The notes beneath the pieces are model-generated. The model made no database searches and was not told where the DNA came from. It was given only the letters and a program-made list of their open reading frames with translations. From an uncultured bacterium (lineage in GTDB: Bacteria; Zhuqueibacterota; QNDG01; DTFT01): 64,000 bases of DNA. A program made the translations under genes and the position numbers. The DNA is taken from positions 32,001 to 96,000 of the forward strand of contig CAVTNR010000003.1 in the NCBI GenBank assembly GCA_963736115.1. Direction: 5' to 3'. Positions 9,785 through 22,843 of the stretch are shown here, piece after piece. Within the stretch, counting starts at the first letter, position 1, and each line of letters begins with the position of its first letter.

Positions 9785-11440
9785 ATGCAGCGCCAAGCGC
9801 AGATGAAATGGAGCCTCATCCTGGTCCTGACGGTTCTGGGAGCGGCCCTGCTCTGGACCAACTCGGCCCGCTCCACCGATACGTACTCCTCGATACAGAA
9901 CAGCCTCGTGCCTCTGGTCAACGTGTACAAGGAGGTGAGCCGGCGGTACGTCGACCCGGTGGACTCCCAGAAGTTCCTCCGGGCCGGCATCGACGGCATG
10001 CTCGGCACGCTCGATCCCTACACCAATTACATCGAGCGGGAGGACAAGGATCAGCTGGAAATCCTCACCGAGGGCAAATACGAAGGCGTCGGCCTGGTGC
10101 TCAATTACCGCAACAATGTGGTGACCGTGGCCGAGCCTCCCTTTCAGGGCACTCCGGCCGCCCGGGCGGGCCTCCGTGAGGGCGACCGGATCATCAAGGT
10201 CGGAAGCCTGCTGACGAAGGACCTCGGATTCGAAAAAACAGTGGGCCAGATACGCGGTCCCGCAGGTACGGAGGTGACGCTCACCATCGAGAGGGACGGC
10301 GAGCCCAAACCGCTGGAATTCACGCTCGTGCGGAAAAGCATCACCGTCGAGGATGTCCAGTACGCCGGTTTTCTGGAAAACGGCGTCGGATACATCCTGC
10401 TCACCCGCTTCTCCAAGAACGCCGGGCCCGAAGTGGACCGCGCCATCCAGCAGCTGAAGACCCGCGGCGAACTCAAGGCCCTGGTGCTCGATCTCCGCTC
10501 CAATCCCGGCGGTATGCTGGAGGCCGCGGTCGAGGTGTCCGAACTCTTTCTGCCCCGGAACTCGCAGATCGTCTCGACCCGGGGCCGTACGCCCGACGCC
10601 GAGCAGCAGCACCGGTCCCGGCGGGATCCGCTCTTCGGACAGGGCAGCCTCGTCGTCCTCGTGAACGCTTTCAGCGCCTCCGCTTCCGAGATCGTGGCCG
10701 GCGCCGTTCAGGACCACGACCGGGGCATCATCGTCGGCGACACCACATTCGGCAAGGGGCTCGTTCAGACCGTGGTTCCGCTGTCTCCGGACGCGGCGCT
10801 GAAAATCACAACGGCCAAGTACTACACGCCGAGCGGCCGCTGCATCCAGCGGAAGCATTATTCCGACTGGGAGGATTCCACCGACCTCGACACGGCCGCC
10901 GAGTTCCGCACGGTCTCCGGCCGGCCGGTCAGCGGCGGCGGCGGCATCATTCCGGATCTGGTCGTGCCCCTCCCCGAGGCGAGCGATTATTACTGGGATC
11001 TGCGCCGGAAATCGCTCTTCTTCAATTTCGCGGTCACCTACGCCAATACGCATCCGGCCAAGGACTCGACCGTGGCCGTCACGTCCGACATCATCGAGGC
11101 CTTCCGCGGCTACCTGAACGAGAAAAAGTACGAATACCGGCACCCGATCGAGAAAGAGCTCACTTCCCTGAAGAACGAAAGCATCCGCAAGGGCTACGGC
11201 AACGAGATCCTCAAGAACATCGATGTGCTGGAGAAAAGCCTGAACCGCGCCGAGGAGGACATGTTCGCGAACAGCCTGAGCGACATCCGGAAAACCCTGC
11301 AGTCCGAGCTGGTGTCCAAGTATTTCGGCGTCCGTCAGCAGGTGGCGGCCGGGCTCCGGGAGGACGCCACGGTCCAGAAAGCGCTTTCCCTGCTCGCGGA
11401 CCGCGGTTCGTACGAATTGCTACTGAAAAAACGAAATTAA
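9785..11440 (+). CDS. S41 family C-terminal processing protease (CtpA/Prc-like) with PDZ domain
   Basis: N-terminal signal/anchor, LDPYT, GVGL PDZ, DLRSNPGG, SASASEIVAGA, TFGKG, TTAKYYTPSGRCIQ. Start may be 9803. Confidence 0.92.
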   Translation: MQRQAQMKWSLILVLTVLGAALLWTNSARSTDTYSSIQNSLVPLVNVYKEVSRRYVDPVDSQKFLRAGIDGMLGTLDPYTNYIEREDKDQLEILTEGKYEGVGLVLNYRNNVVTVAEPPFQGTPAARAGLREGDRIIKVGSLLTKDLGFEKTVGQIRGPAGTEVTLTIERDGEPKPLEFTLVRKSITVEDVQYAGFLENGVGYILLTRFSKNAGPEVDRAIQQLKTRGELKALVLDLRSNPGGMLEAAVEVSELFLPRNSQIVSTRGRTPDAEQQHRSRRDPLFGQGSLVVLVNAFSASASEIVAGAVQDHDRGIIVGDTTFGKGLVQTVVPLSPDAALKITTAKYYTPSGRCIQRKHYSDWEDSTDLDTAAEFRTVSGRPVSGGGGIIPDLVVPLPEASDYYWDLRRKSLFFNFAVTYANTHPAKDSTVAVTSDIIEAFRGYLNEKKYEYRHPIEKELTSLKNESIRKGYGNEILKNIDVLEKSLNRAEEDMFANSLSDIRKTLQSELVSKYFGVRQQVAAGLREDATVQKALSLLADRGSYELLLKKRN

Positions 11441-11441
11441 T

Positions 11442-11645
11442 GACTCCGCCGCAAGTGGTGTAGTATCTCAAGAAAATTGGCTTACGGGCGCTGCAAGCAT
11501 CGGGCCTTCAATAATGAACAACTCATATCGCTTGGTCCGGCGAAACCGGGGAACCAGATTCGTCGGAGCAGTCAGAAGCCCGCATCAACCGACTTGTCGG
11601 CGTTTTAACATAAAATATGGTAAACGGGCTTCTGACTGCCCGATT
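11442..11645 (+). repeat. Dispersed structured repeat, family A, divergent copy 2
   Basis: 11442-11511 is a decayed match to the first half of copy 1. 11561-11645 (CGTCGGAGCAGTCAGAAGCC...GGCTTCTGACTGCCCGATT) keeps the long stem with paired substitutions. Confidence 0.65.
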
Positions 11646-11694
11646 CAAACGGTTCCACAGCCAACCCTAAATTTCATTCTGAGGAGGTTATCGT

Positions 11695-14469
11695 ATGTCT
11701 AAATACGTCTATTCCTTCGGCGGCGGAAAAGCCGACGGGAAAGCGGAAATGAAGGAACTGCTCGGCGGCAAAGGCGCCAACCTGGCTGAAATGGCCAACC
11801 TGGGCATTCCGGTTCCCGCGGGGTTCACCATCACCACGGAAGTGTGCACGCATTACTACAAGAACGGCAAGAAGTATCCGAAGGAACTGACCGGCCAGGT
11901 CAAACTCGCCGTGACGAAGATGGAGCGGGTCATGGCCGCCAAATTCGGCGACGTCAAGAATCCGCTTCTGGTGTCCGTCCGGTCGGGCGCGCGCAGTTCC
12001 ATGCCCGGCATGATGGAAACCGTTCTGAACGTGGGCCTGACCAGCAAAACCATTCCGGGCCTGATTCAGAAGACGGGGAACGACCGGTTCGTGTACGACG
12101 CCTACCGTCGTCTCATCATGATGTACTCGGACGTGGTAATGGAGAAAGCGGCCGGCATCGAGCCCAAGGAGGGGAAAGGCATCCGCCATCAGCTCGAGCG
12201 GGAAATGGCGGCCATGAAGGCGGAACGCGGCGTCACGCAGGACACCGACTTGACGGCCGAGGACCTGAAGCGTCTGGTGGAGATCTTCAAGACCAAAGTG
12301 AAGGACGTTCTCGGCAAGCCGTTTCCGGACGATCCGATTCAGCAGTTGTGGGGCGGCGTCGGCGCCGTGTTCCAGAGCTGGATCGGCCGCCGCGCCGTGG
12401 CTTACCGGCGGATCGAAGGCATACCGGACGAATGGGGCACAGCGGTGAACGTTCAGGCCATGGTGTTCGGCAACATGGGCGACACTTCGGCAACCGGTGT
12501 GGCCTTCACGCGCAACCCGGCCAACGGGGACAATAAATTCTACGGAGAATGGCTCGTCAACGCCCAGGGCGAGGACGTCGTCGCCGGCATCCGCACGCCG
12601 TCGCCGTTGAACGAGGACACAAAAAACGAGCAGAACCGGCACCTTTCCTCCCTCCAATCCGCCATGCCCAAGACATACAAGGAACTGGACCGGATCCGGC
12701 TGAACCTGGAGAAGCACTACCGGGACATGCTCGACATCGAATTCACGATTCAGGAAGGCCTCCTGTGGATGCTGCAATGCCGCGTCGGAAAACGCACCGG
12801 CACCGCGGCCCTGAACATGGCCATGGACATGCTCCAGGAAAAGCGGATCAGCGAATCGGAGGCCGTCCTGCGCCTGTCCCCGAATCAGCTGGACGAACTG
12901 CTGCATCCGATCGTGGATCCCTCGGCCGAAAAGGCCAATGCCCCCATCGCCAAGGGCCTTCCGGCCGGTCCCGGCGGCGCCGTCGGACAGATCGTTTTCA
13001 CGGCCGCAGACGCCGTGGAATGGGGCAAGCAGGGCCGCAAGGTCATTCTGCTCCGCGAAGAGACGAATCCCGAGGACGTTGAGGGCATGCGCGCGGCGCA
13101 GGGCATTCTCACCGGACGGGGCGGCATGACGTCCCACGCGGCTCTGGTCGCGCGCGGCTGGGGCAAGTGTTGCATCGTGGGCTGCAGCTCGCTGGACATC
13201 AATGTTCACGCCAAGACCATGACCGTGAACGGCCGGACGTTCCGCGAGGGCGACACCCTCACGCTCAACGGCACACGCGGGTACGTCTATGCCGGCGAAC
13301 TGGCGATGATCAGCGCCTCCGAAAATCCGCGCTTCGTCCAGTTCATGAAGATGGTCGATAAATTCCGCACGATGAAGGTGCGGACGAACGCGGACACCCC
13401 TGACGACGCCCGGAAGGCGCTCGAGTTCGGGGCCCAGGGGATCGGCCTGTTCAGGACCGAACACATGTTCTACGGCAAGAACTCCGAGGCCCCGCTGTTC
13501 TGCCTGCGTAAAATGATCGTCTCGCATTCCGAGGAGGAACGCCGACGCGCGCTGGATGAACTCTTCCCCTTTGTCAAGCGTGACATCAAGGCGACCCTCG
13601 AGGTGATGGATGGACTTCCGGTCACCATCCGGCTCCTCGACCCCCCGCTCCACGAGTTCGTGCCGCATGAAGCCGAAAAGCGCGCCGAGCTGGCGGCCAG
13701 CCTCGGCATCTCCACCGATGAACTGAACAAGCGGGCGGATGCGCTGCATGAGTCCAACCCCATGATGGGGCACCGCGGCGTCCGCCTCGGCGTGACCTAC
13801 CCGGAAATCACCGAGATGCAGGTGCGTGCGATTCTCGAGTCCTCGGCCGAACTGATCCTGGAAGGGAAGCGCGTCTTCCCGGAAATCATGGTTCCGGTGG
13901 TTTGCTCCGTCAAGGAGCTGGATGATCAGAAAGTCATCGTGGAGAGGATCTACGCCGAAGTCTGCGCCAAAACCGGCCTGAAGAGCTTCAAGTATATGTA
14001 CGGCACGATGATCGAAATCCCGCGCGCCGCTCTGACCGCGGGTAAAATCGCCGAAACCGCCGAGTTCTTCTCGTACGGCACCAATGATCTGACCCAGATG
14101 GCCTTCGGTTTCTCTCGCGACGACATCGGCGGGTTCGTCCCGGACTATGTCGAAAAACGAATCCTGCCCGTCGATCCGTTCCAGGTGCTGGATCAGGAAG
14201 GCATCGGCGAGCTCATCCAGATCGGCATCGAGCGCGGCCGTAAGGCGCGGCCGGGCTTGAAAGTCGGCATCTGCGGCGAACATGGAGGGGAACCGTCCTC
14301 GGTGGGATTCTGCCACAAGGTGGGGATGGATTATGTTTCCTGCTCCCCGTACCGGGTGCCGATCGCGCGTTTGGCGGCGGCCCAGGCGTCGATCAAGAGC
14401 CGTCCTGCAAAAGCAGGTAAAAAGGCTGTGAAGAAAACGGCTAAGAAAAAAACAAGCAGAAAAAAATAA
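11695..14469 (+). CDS. ppdK: Pyruvate, phosphate dikinase
   Basis: LGGKGANLAEM, VSVRSGARSSMPGMM, GGMTSHAALVARG (phospho-His), GIGLFRTEHM, GTNDLTQ, GICGEHGG. Confidence 0.97.
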   Translation: MSKYVYSFGGGKADGKAEMKELLGGKGANLAEMANLGIPVPAGFTITTEVCTHYYKNGKKYPKELTGQVKLAVTKMERVMAAKFGDVKNPLLVSVRSGARSSMPGMMETVLNVGLTSKTIPGLIQKTGNDRFVYDAYRRLIMMYSDVVMEKAAGIEPKEGKGIRHQLEREMAAMKAERGVTQDTDLTAEDLKRLVEIFKTKVKDVLGKPFPDDPIQQLWGGVGAVFQSWIGRRAVAYRRIEGIPDEWGTAVNVQAMVFGNMGDTSATGVAFTRNPANGDNKFYGEWLVNAQGEDVVAGIRTPSPLNEDTKNEQNRHLSSLQSAMPKTYKELDRIRLNLEKHYRDMLDIEFTIQEGLLWMLQCRVGKRTGTAALNMAMDMLQEKRISESEAVLRLSPNQLDELLHPIVDPSAEKANAPIAKGLPAGPGGAVGQIVFTAADAVEWGKQGRKVILLREETNPEDVEGMRAAQGILTGRGGMTSHAALVARGWGKCCIVGCSSLDINVHAKTMTVNGRTFREGDTLTLNGTRGYVYAGELAMISASENPRFVQFMKMVDKFRTMKVRTNADTPDDARKALEFGAQGIGLFRTEHMFYGKNSEAPLFCLRKMIVSHSEEERRRALDELFPFVKRDIKATLEVMDGLPVTIRLLDPPLHEFVPHEAEKRAELAASLGISTDELNKRADALHESNPMMGHRGVRLGVTYPEITEMQVRAILESSAELILEGKRVFPEIMVPVVCSVKELDDQKVIVERIYAEVCAKTGLKSFKYMYGTMIEIPRAALTAGKIAETAEFFSYGTNDLTQMAFGFSRDDIGGFVPDYVEKRILPVDPFQVLDQEGIGELIQIGIERGRKARPGLKVGICGEHGGEPSSVGFCHKVGMDYVSCSPYRVPIARLAAAQASIKSRPAKAGKKAVKKTAKKKTSRKK

Positions 14470-14490
14470 AGCGGTCGATTACTGACCATC

Positions 14491-14530
14491 GGGGGCGCGT
14501 GCCAAACACGCGCCCCTTTTTTTATTTTTC
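14491..14530 (+). terminator. Rho-independent terminator after ppdK
   Basis: GGGGCGCGTG-ccaaa-CACGCGCCCC followed by a long T run. Confidence 0.85.
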
Positions 14531-14533
14531 TCC

Positions 14534-14561
14534 TTGACATTCAACCCGAAAATGGTAAATT
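14534..14561 (+). promoter_or_regulatory. Putative dnaA promoter
   Basis: TTGACA (14534-14539), 16-bp spacer, extended -10 TGgTAAATT (14553-14561). Confidence 0.55.
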
Positions 14562-14765
14562 GATTCCGCGACAAGGGAGGGTTCTCCTGGTGGATAATTT
14601 GTGGATTTCTCCGTAAACCCATTCCGCGTGTCCGTCTCCCGGCGCGTTACAAAAAAGTTCCTGTGAATATTATCCGTTTTTTAAATAGGTTATCTTTCCT
14701 TTTTTAAATGGATTGACGGTTGTACCCTGTTTTATTTTTTTCATGACTCCCCGAAGGAGTGCTTC

Positions 14766-16163
<1,398 letters not shown>

Positions 16164-16451
16164 CCGGTTGATAAGCGGTGGACGGGGTGTGGATGAAATG
16201 GACGGATTCAACCGAATCGGCGAATGCGTTTTTCTTCTCCACATGTTCAGCGGATTTGTCCACCTCTCGTCCACATGAAGTGTTCTTATAAATATATTTA
16301 TAATTTATTGTTTTTGTTTGAATTAATCGCTATTAATTGCGGCTGGTGCACGTTTTCCACATCCCTATATTAACTATATTTTTCTTGAATCTATTTTAAA
16401 AAATCTTTAATTTATTAGACCGGTGGATATTTTTCTAGAAGGAGTTTCCCT
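16164..16451. other. Predicted replication origin oriC
   Basis: dnaA-dnaN intergenic region with DnaA-box variants at 16166, 16188, 16235, 16256, 16267, 16353 and 16422, an AT palindrome TTATAAATATATTTATAA (16286-16303), and an AT-rich unwinding-like tract after the 16353 box. Confidence 0.8.
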
Positions 16452-17570
16452 ATGAAGTTCACGATCTCGCAAGAAACCCTTTTTCAGTGTCTCCAGAAGG
16501 TGTCCGGTGTTGTCCCCGCCAAATCCGCCACACCGGTGCTCGAGAACGTGTTCTTCGAACTGGACGATGATGCACTCCGGCTCACCGGAACCGATCTGGA
16601 GGTTTCGGTCACCACGCAGACCGTACCCGAAAAAATCGAAAAAACCGGCGCCGTTGCCCTTCCGGCCCGGGTGCTCATTGAAATGATCCGCTCCATGCCC
16701 AACATCGCGATCCGCTTCGAAGTCGACAAGAACCACAAAGTGAAAATGACGACCGATCAGGGATATTATCAGATCTCCGGCATCTCCAAAGACAATTTTC
16801 CTGAAATTCCGAAAAGCGCTTCGGATACCTATTTCGAAATGGACAACGGCCGGCTTCATCGTATGTTCAGCAAGACGCTGTTTGCCGTGTCCTCGGACGA
16901 ACTGAGGCCGGCCCTGATGGGCGTCTATGTTCAGATCACGGCCAATGAATTCAGGATGGTGGCCACGGACGGCCACCGTCTCTCCAAAATTGTCGACCGG
17001 AACTTCAAGTCCAAACAAAAGCCCGTGAACCTGATCATTCCCCCGAAGGCGGCCCAGCTCGCGGTCAAGAACATCTCCGGAGAGGGAACGACCCGCATGA
17101 TCATTCAGGAAAAGATGCTTTGCTTCATTTTCGGCGGCACCACCCTTTTCACCCGTCTGGTCGACGGGCAGTATCCGGATTACGAGCGGGTCATCCCTTC
17201 GGACAATAAAAAACAGATGACCGTCGACCGGAATATTCTGAGCTCGGCCGTGAAGCGCGTGTCGCTTTTTTCCAATGCCTTCACGCATCAGGTTCGCTTC
17301 TCAGTCGCGAAAGACAGACTCACCGTGCAATCCGAAGACCTGGACGTCGGAGGAGAAGCCAAGGAGGAATTGGAGGTTCAGTACGCCGAAGATTCCATGG
17401 AGATCGGATACAACGCGATTTACGTCATGGACATACTGAAACAGATCGACACCGAATCGGCCACCTTTCACCTGAAAAGCCCCATGAACGCCGCCCTGGT
17501 CACCCCGGCCGAACAGATGCCGGGCGAAGAGTTTGAAATGCTTCTTATGCCCATCAAGCTGAGTTCGTAG
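16452..17570 (+). CDS. dnaN: DNA polymerase III beta clamp
   Basis: LTGTDLE, RPALMGV, VATDGHRLS, RLVDGQYPDYERVIP, C-terminal LLMPI. Confidence 0.97.
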   Translation: MKFTISQETLFQCLQKVSGVVPAKSATPVLENVFFELDDDALRLTGTDLEVSVTTQTVPEKIEKTGAVALPARVLIEMIRSMPNIAIRFEVDKNHKVKMTTDQGYYQISGISKDNFPEIPKSASDTYFEMDNGRLHRMFSKTLFAVSSDELRPALMGVYVQITANEFRMVATDGHRLSKIVDRNFKSKQKPVNLIIPPKAAQLAVKNISGEGTTRMIIQEKMLCFIFGGTTLFTRLVDGQYPDYERVIPSDNKKQMTVDRNILSSAVKRVSLFSNAFTHQVRFSVAKDRLTVQSEDLDVGGEAKEELEVQYAEDSMEIGYNAIYVMDILKQIDTESATFHLKSPMNAALVTPAEQMPGEEFEMLLMPIKLSS

Positions 17571-17574
17571 GGGC

Positions 17575-17850
17575 ATGCTGCCGCTCGGAGAGATCCTCCG
17601 TAGGACACTTCAAGATCTCGGCATTGAAAAGCCCGTCCATCAGTACGACGCCTTGTGGTTGTGGCCGAAGGCCGCCGGAGAAAGGATCGCGGCCGTCACG
17701 GAGGCGGTGCGGATGTCGAACGGCCGGCTGTTCGTGCGCGTGAAAAGCGCCGCTTGGCGCAACGAGCTGGTTTTTCACAAACGGGCCCTGATCCAGAACT
17801 TGAACGGGCTCGCGGGCCGTCCCGTGGTGAATGACATCGTCTGGATATGA
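17575..17850 (+). CDS. DUF721 / DciA helicase-loader family protein
   Basis: 91 aa; W...G..IA..T, L.V.V.SAAWRNEL; typical position before gyrB. Confidence 0.8.
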   Translation: MLPLGEILRRTLQDLGIEKPVHQYDALWLWPKAAGERIAAVTEAVRMSNGRLFVRVKSAAWRNELVFHKRALIQNLNGLAGRPVVNDIVWI

Positions 17851-19773
<1,923 letters not shown>

Positions 19774-19788
19774 CCCGTCCGGACCGGT

Positions 19789-19951
19789 TTGAAGCTCCCC
19801 GCGGCCCGTCCCGCTGCGCGGGACCAAGCTATTCAATTTTTAAATTGTGGAAGGCAAGCCGCGGGAATCTTCTATCTGTAGAGAAGAGATCATTTTATAT
19901 TCGATCGCTTACCCCGCCGCTAGCGGCGGGGTAAGCGATCAGACAGATTCA
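19789..19951 (+). mobile_element. MITE-like palindromic element, family B, copy 1, with a nested insert at 19805-19854
   Basis: Starts TTGAAGCTCCCCGC and ends GACAGATTCA; core GAATCTTCTATCTGTAGAGAAGAGA is shared with 60842-61047 (minus); perfect 38-bp palindrome at 19903-19940. Confidence 0.75.
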
Positions 19952-19967
19952 GCACAGAAGGAAAAAC

Positions 19968-22397
19968 ATGCAGAAAAATCGCGACCGCATCGTCCCCGTC
20001 TACATCGAGGAGGAGATGCGCAATTCGTACATCGATTATTCCATGTCCGTCATCGTGGCGCGGGCTCTGCCCGACGTCCGGGACGGCCTGAAGCCCGTCC
20101 ACAGGCGCATCCTCTACGGCATGACGGAGCTGGGCCTCCATCCCAACCGGCCCTACCGGAAATCGGCCCGTATCGTCGGAGACGTACTCGGCAAGTACCA
20201 TCCGCACGGCGACACGGCCGTGTACGACGCCATGGTTCGGATGGTGCAGGAGTTTTCGATGCGCTATCCCCTTGTGGACGGACAGGGGAATTTCGGCTCC
20301 GTCGACGGCGACTCCGCGGCGGCCATGCGGTACACCGAAGCCCGCCTCACAGCGATCGCCGAGGAGATCCTGGCGGACATCGACAAACAGACCGTCGATT
20401 TCGTACCCAATTTCGATGAATCCCTGCAGGAACCCTCGGTGATGCCCTGCGCCTACCCCAATCTGCTAGTGAACGGCGCGTCGGGAATCGCGGTGGGCAT
20501 GGCGACCAACATTCCGCCGCACAATCTGTCGGAAGTGGTGGACGCGCTCGCGGCCCTCATCCGGAGGCCCGAGACGACGATCGAGGCGCTGTCGCGCATC
20601 ATCAAGGGCCCGGATTTCCCGACCGGCGGCATCATCACGGGCACCGAGGGAATCATCGAGGCCTACAAGACCGGCCGGGGCCGTCTGCTCGTGCGCGCGC
20701 GCGCGGCCGTGGAAAAGGGCAAAAACGGCCGGGAAGCCGTCATCGTCAACGAGATCCCCTATCAGGTCAACAAGTCGAACCTGATCGCGTCCATCGCGGA
20801 CCTGGTCAAGGACAAGAAAATCGAAGGCATCTCCGACATCCGGGACGAATCCGACCGCGACGGCATGCGCATCGTTCTCGAGTTGAAGCGGGACGCGCAG
20901 GTGCAGGTGGTTCTGAACCAGCTCTACGTCCACACCCAGATGCAGACCACGTTCGGCGTGATTATGCTGGCCCTGGTGGACGGCCGTCCCCGAATCCTCA
21001 ATCTCAAGGAGATGCTCGAAAAATTCATCGCGCACCGCCATGAGATCGTGATCCGGCGGACGAAATTCGAGCTGGACAAGGCCGAAAAGAGGGCCCATAT
21101 CCTCGAGGGCCTGAAGAAGGCGCTCGACCACATCGACGAGATCATCCAGCTCATCAAGAAATCGAAGACGCCGGACGAAGCGCGCGAAGCCATGATGAAG
21201 CGGTTCCGCTTCTCGGAACTGCAGGCCAACGCGATTCTCGACATGCGGCTCCAGCGGCTCACCGGTCTCGAGCGCAAGAAAATCGAGGAGGAGTACGCCG
21301 CGGTGCTCAAGGAGATCGAGCGCCTGAAGAGCATTCTCACGAATAAGACGAAGCAGATGGAGGTGATCCGGGAGGAGCTGCTCGCGATCAAGGAGAAGTT
21401 CGGCGACGAACGGCGCACCGAGATCGTCGGCAAGGTGGACGATTTTTCAATCGAGGACATCATTGCCGAAGAGGACATGGTGATCACCATCTCCCATTCG
21501 GGATACATCAAGCGGTTCCCGGTCTCCGGGTACAAGCGGCAGGGCCGGGGCGGGAAGGGGGTCATCGGGGCCGACACAGGGGACGAGGACTCCGTTGAGC
21601 ACCTCTTCATCGCGTCCACCCACCACTACATTCTCTTCTTCACCGATCAGGGCCGCTGTCTCTGGATCAAGGTGCATGAGATCCCCCAGGTGGGCAAGGG
21701 ATCGCGGGGAAGGGCGATCATCAACCTGCTCGGCGTGCAGTCCGGCGAGAAAATCTCGGCCGTGGTGCCGGTTAAGGATTTCGATGAAAAGAAAAACCTG
21801 TTCATGGCCACCCGTCGCGGGCAGGTCAAGAAGACCAGCCTGGCCGCGTTCAGCCGTCCCATGCGCAAGGGCATACAGGCCATCGGACTCGGAAAGGACG
21901 ATCGTCTCATTTCGGTCAAACTCACCGAGGGCGGCCAGGACATCGTGCTGGGCACCCGCGACGGGCAGGCGATCCGGTTCCATGAATCCGAGGTGCGTGA
22001 GATGGGCCGCGCCGCGGCCGGCGTCCGCGGAATCAACCTCGGAAGCAAGGATGAAGTGATCGGCATGGTCGTGATCCGGCGCGAGGGGACTTTGCTGGTG
22101 GTCACGGAGAACGGATTCGGCAAGCGCTCCGACATTACGGACTACCGGGTTACGTCAAGGGGCGGCAAGGGCATCATCACCCTGAAGGTCAATGAAAAAG
22201 TCGGCCGCATGATCGCGCTCATGGACGTGCTGGACACGGACGACCTGCTCCTGATATCGGCAAAAGGCCAGATCCTGCGCCAGCAGATGCAGGACATCAG
22301 CGTCACCGGCCGAAACACTCAAGGCGTGCGCCTCATCCGGCTCAAGGGCGGGGATAAGGTGGCGGACGTCGCGCGTGTCGTCCGAGAGGAGGAATAA
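19968..22397 (+). CDS. gyrA: DNA gyrase subunit A
   Basis: [29 protein letters not shown] catalytic Tyr, GyrA box QGRGGKG, beta-pinwheel repeats. Confidence 0.98.
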   Translation: MQKNRDRIVPVYIEEEMRNSYIDYSMSVIVARALPDVRDGLKPVHRRILYGMTELGLHPNRPYRKSARIVGDVLGKYHPHGDTAVYDAMVRMVQEFSMRYPLVDGQGNFGSVDGDSAAAMRYTEARLTAIAEEILADIDKQTVDFVPNFDESLQEPSVMPCAYPNLLVNGASGIAVGMATNIPPHNLSEVVDALAALIRRPETTIEALSRIIKGPDFPTGGIITGTEGIIEAYKTGRGRLLVRARAAVEKGKNGREAVIVNEIPYQVNKSNLIASIADLVKDKKIEGISDIRDESDRDGMRIVLELKRDAQVQVVLNQLYVHTQMQTTFGVIMLALVDGRPRILNLKEMLEKFIAHRHEIVIRRTKFELDKAEKRAHILEGLKKALDHIDEIIQLIKKSKTPDEAREAMMKRFRFSELQANAILDMRLQRLTGLERKKIEEEYAAVLKEIERLKSILTNKTKQMEVIREELLAIKEKFGDERRTEIVGKVDDFSIEDIIAEEDMVITISHSGYIKRFPVSGYKRQGRGGKGVIGADTGDEDSVEHLFIASTHHYILFFTDQGRCLWIKVHEIPQVGKGSRGRAIINLLGVQSGEKISAVVPVKDFDEKKNLFMATRRGQVKKTSLAAFSRPMRKGIQAIGLGKDDRLISVKLTEGGQDIVLGTRDGQAIRFHESEVREMGRAAAGVRGINLGSKDEVIGMVVIRREGTLLVVTENGFGKRSDITDYRVTSRGGKGIITLKVNEKVGRMIALMDVLDTDDLLLISAKGQILRQQMQDISVTGRNTQGVRLIRLKGGDKVADVARVVREEE

Positions 22398-22402
22398 ACC
22401 GC

Positions 22403-22843
22403 TTGCCAGGAGGCTACAAGCCGGTCGAGCATACGGCGGATGTCGGAATCAAGGCCTGGGGCCAGAATCAGAAGGAGCTTCTTGAAGAAGCGGCTCTGGG
22501 CATGATTTCCCAGACCTATAATCCCGATACCGTGGAGGAAAAGGAAGTCAGGGAATTGGAGCTGGAAGCGGAAACCATGGACGAGCTTCTGCTTCAATGG
22601 CTCAGGGAAATCCTTTATTATATGGAAAATGAGGCATTATTATTCAAACGATTTCAAATTGAAAAGGACAATTTTTCATTAAAAAACGAAAAAACTCTCC
22701 AGATAACAGCTTCCATGCATGGGGAGAAACGAGACCCCACAAGGCACGATATTTGCAAAGAAATCAAAGCGGTAACTCGACACGGGCTGTACGCGAAGAA
22801 AAACGGCCCTTGGTGGGAAGCGAACGTCCTTTTCGATGTATAG
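22403..22843 (+). CDS. Archease family protein
   Basis: N-terminal EHTADVGI, central LL..WL.E.LY, IKAVTRH and C-terminal FDV. Confidence 0.85.
   Translation: MPGGYKPVEHTADVGIKAWGQNQKELLEEAALGMISQTYNPDTVEEKEVRELELEAETMDELLLQWLREILYYMENEALLFKRFQIEKDNFSLKNEKTLQITASMHGEKRDPTRHDICKEIKAVTRHGLYAKKNGPWWEANVLFDV

Noticed and set aside
9739-10179. 146-aa ORF starting MTRLLAARL, like the AsmA-like protein
   Set aside because: The shared start is due only to repeat family A; the rest is an out-of-frame overlap of the S41 protease gene.
19847-20419. ORFs with a shared ...ESSICREE... peptide (also 60811-60993)
   Set aside because: Translations of the family B MITE core, not evidence of a protein family.
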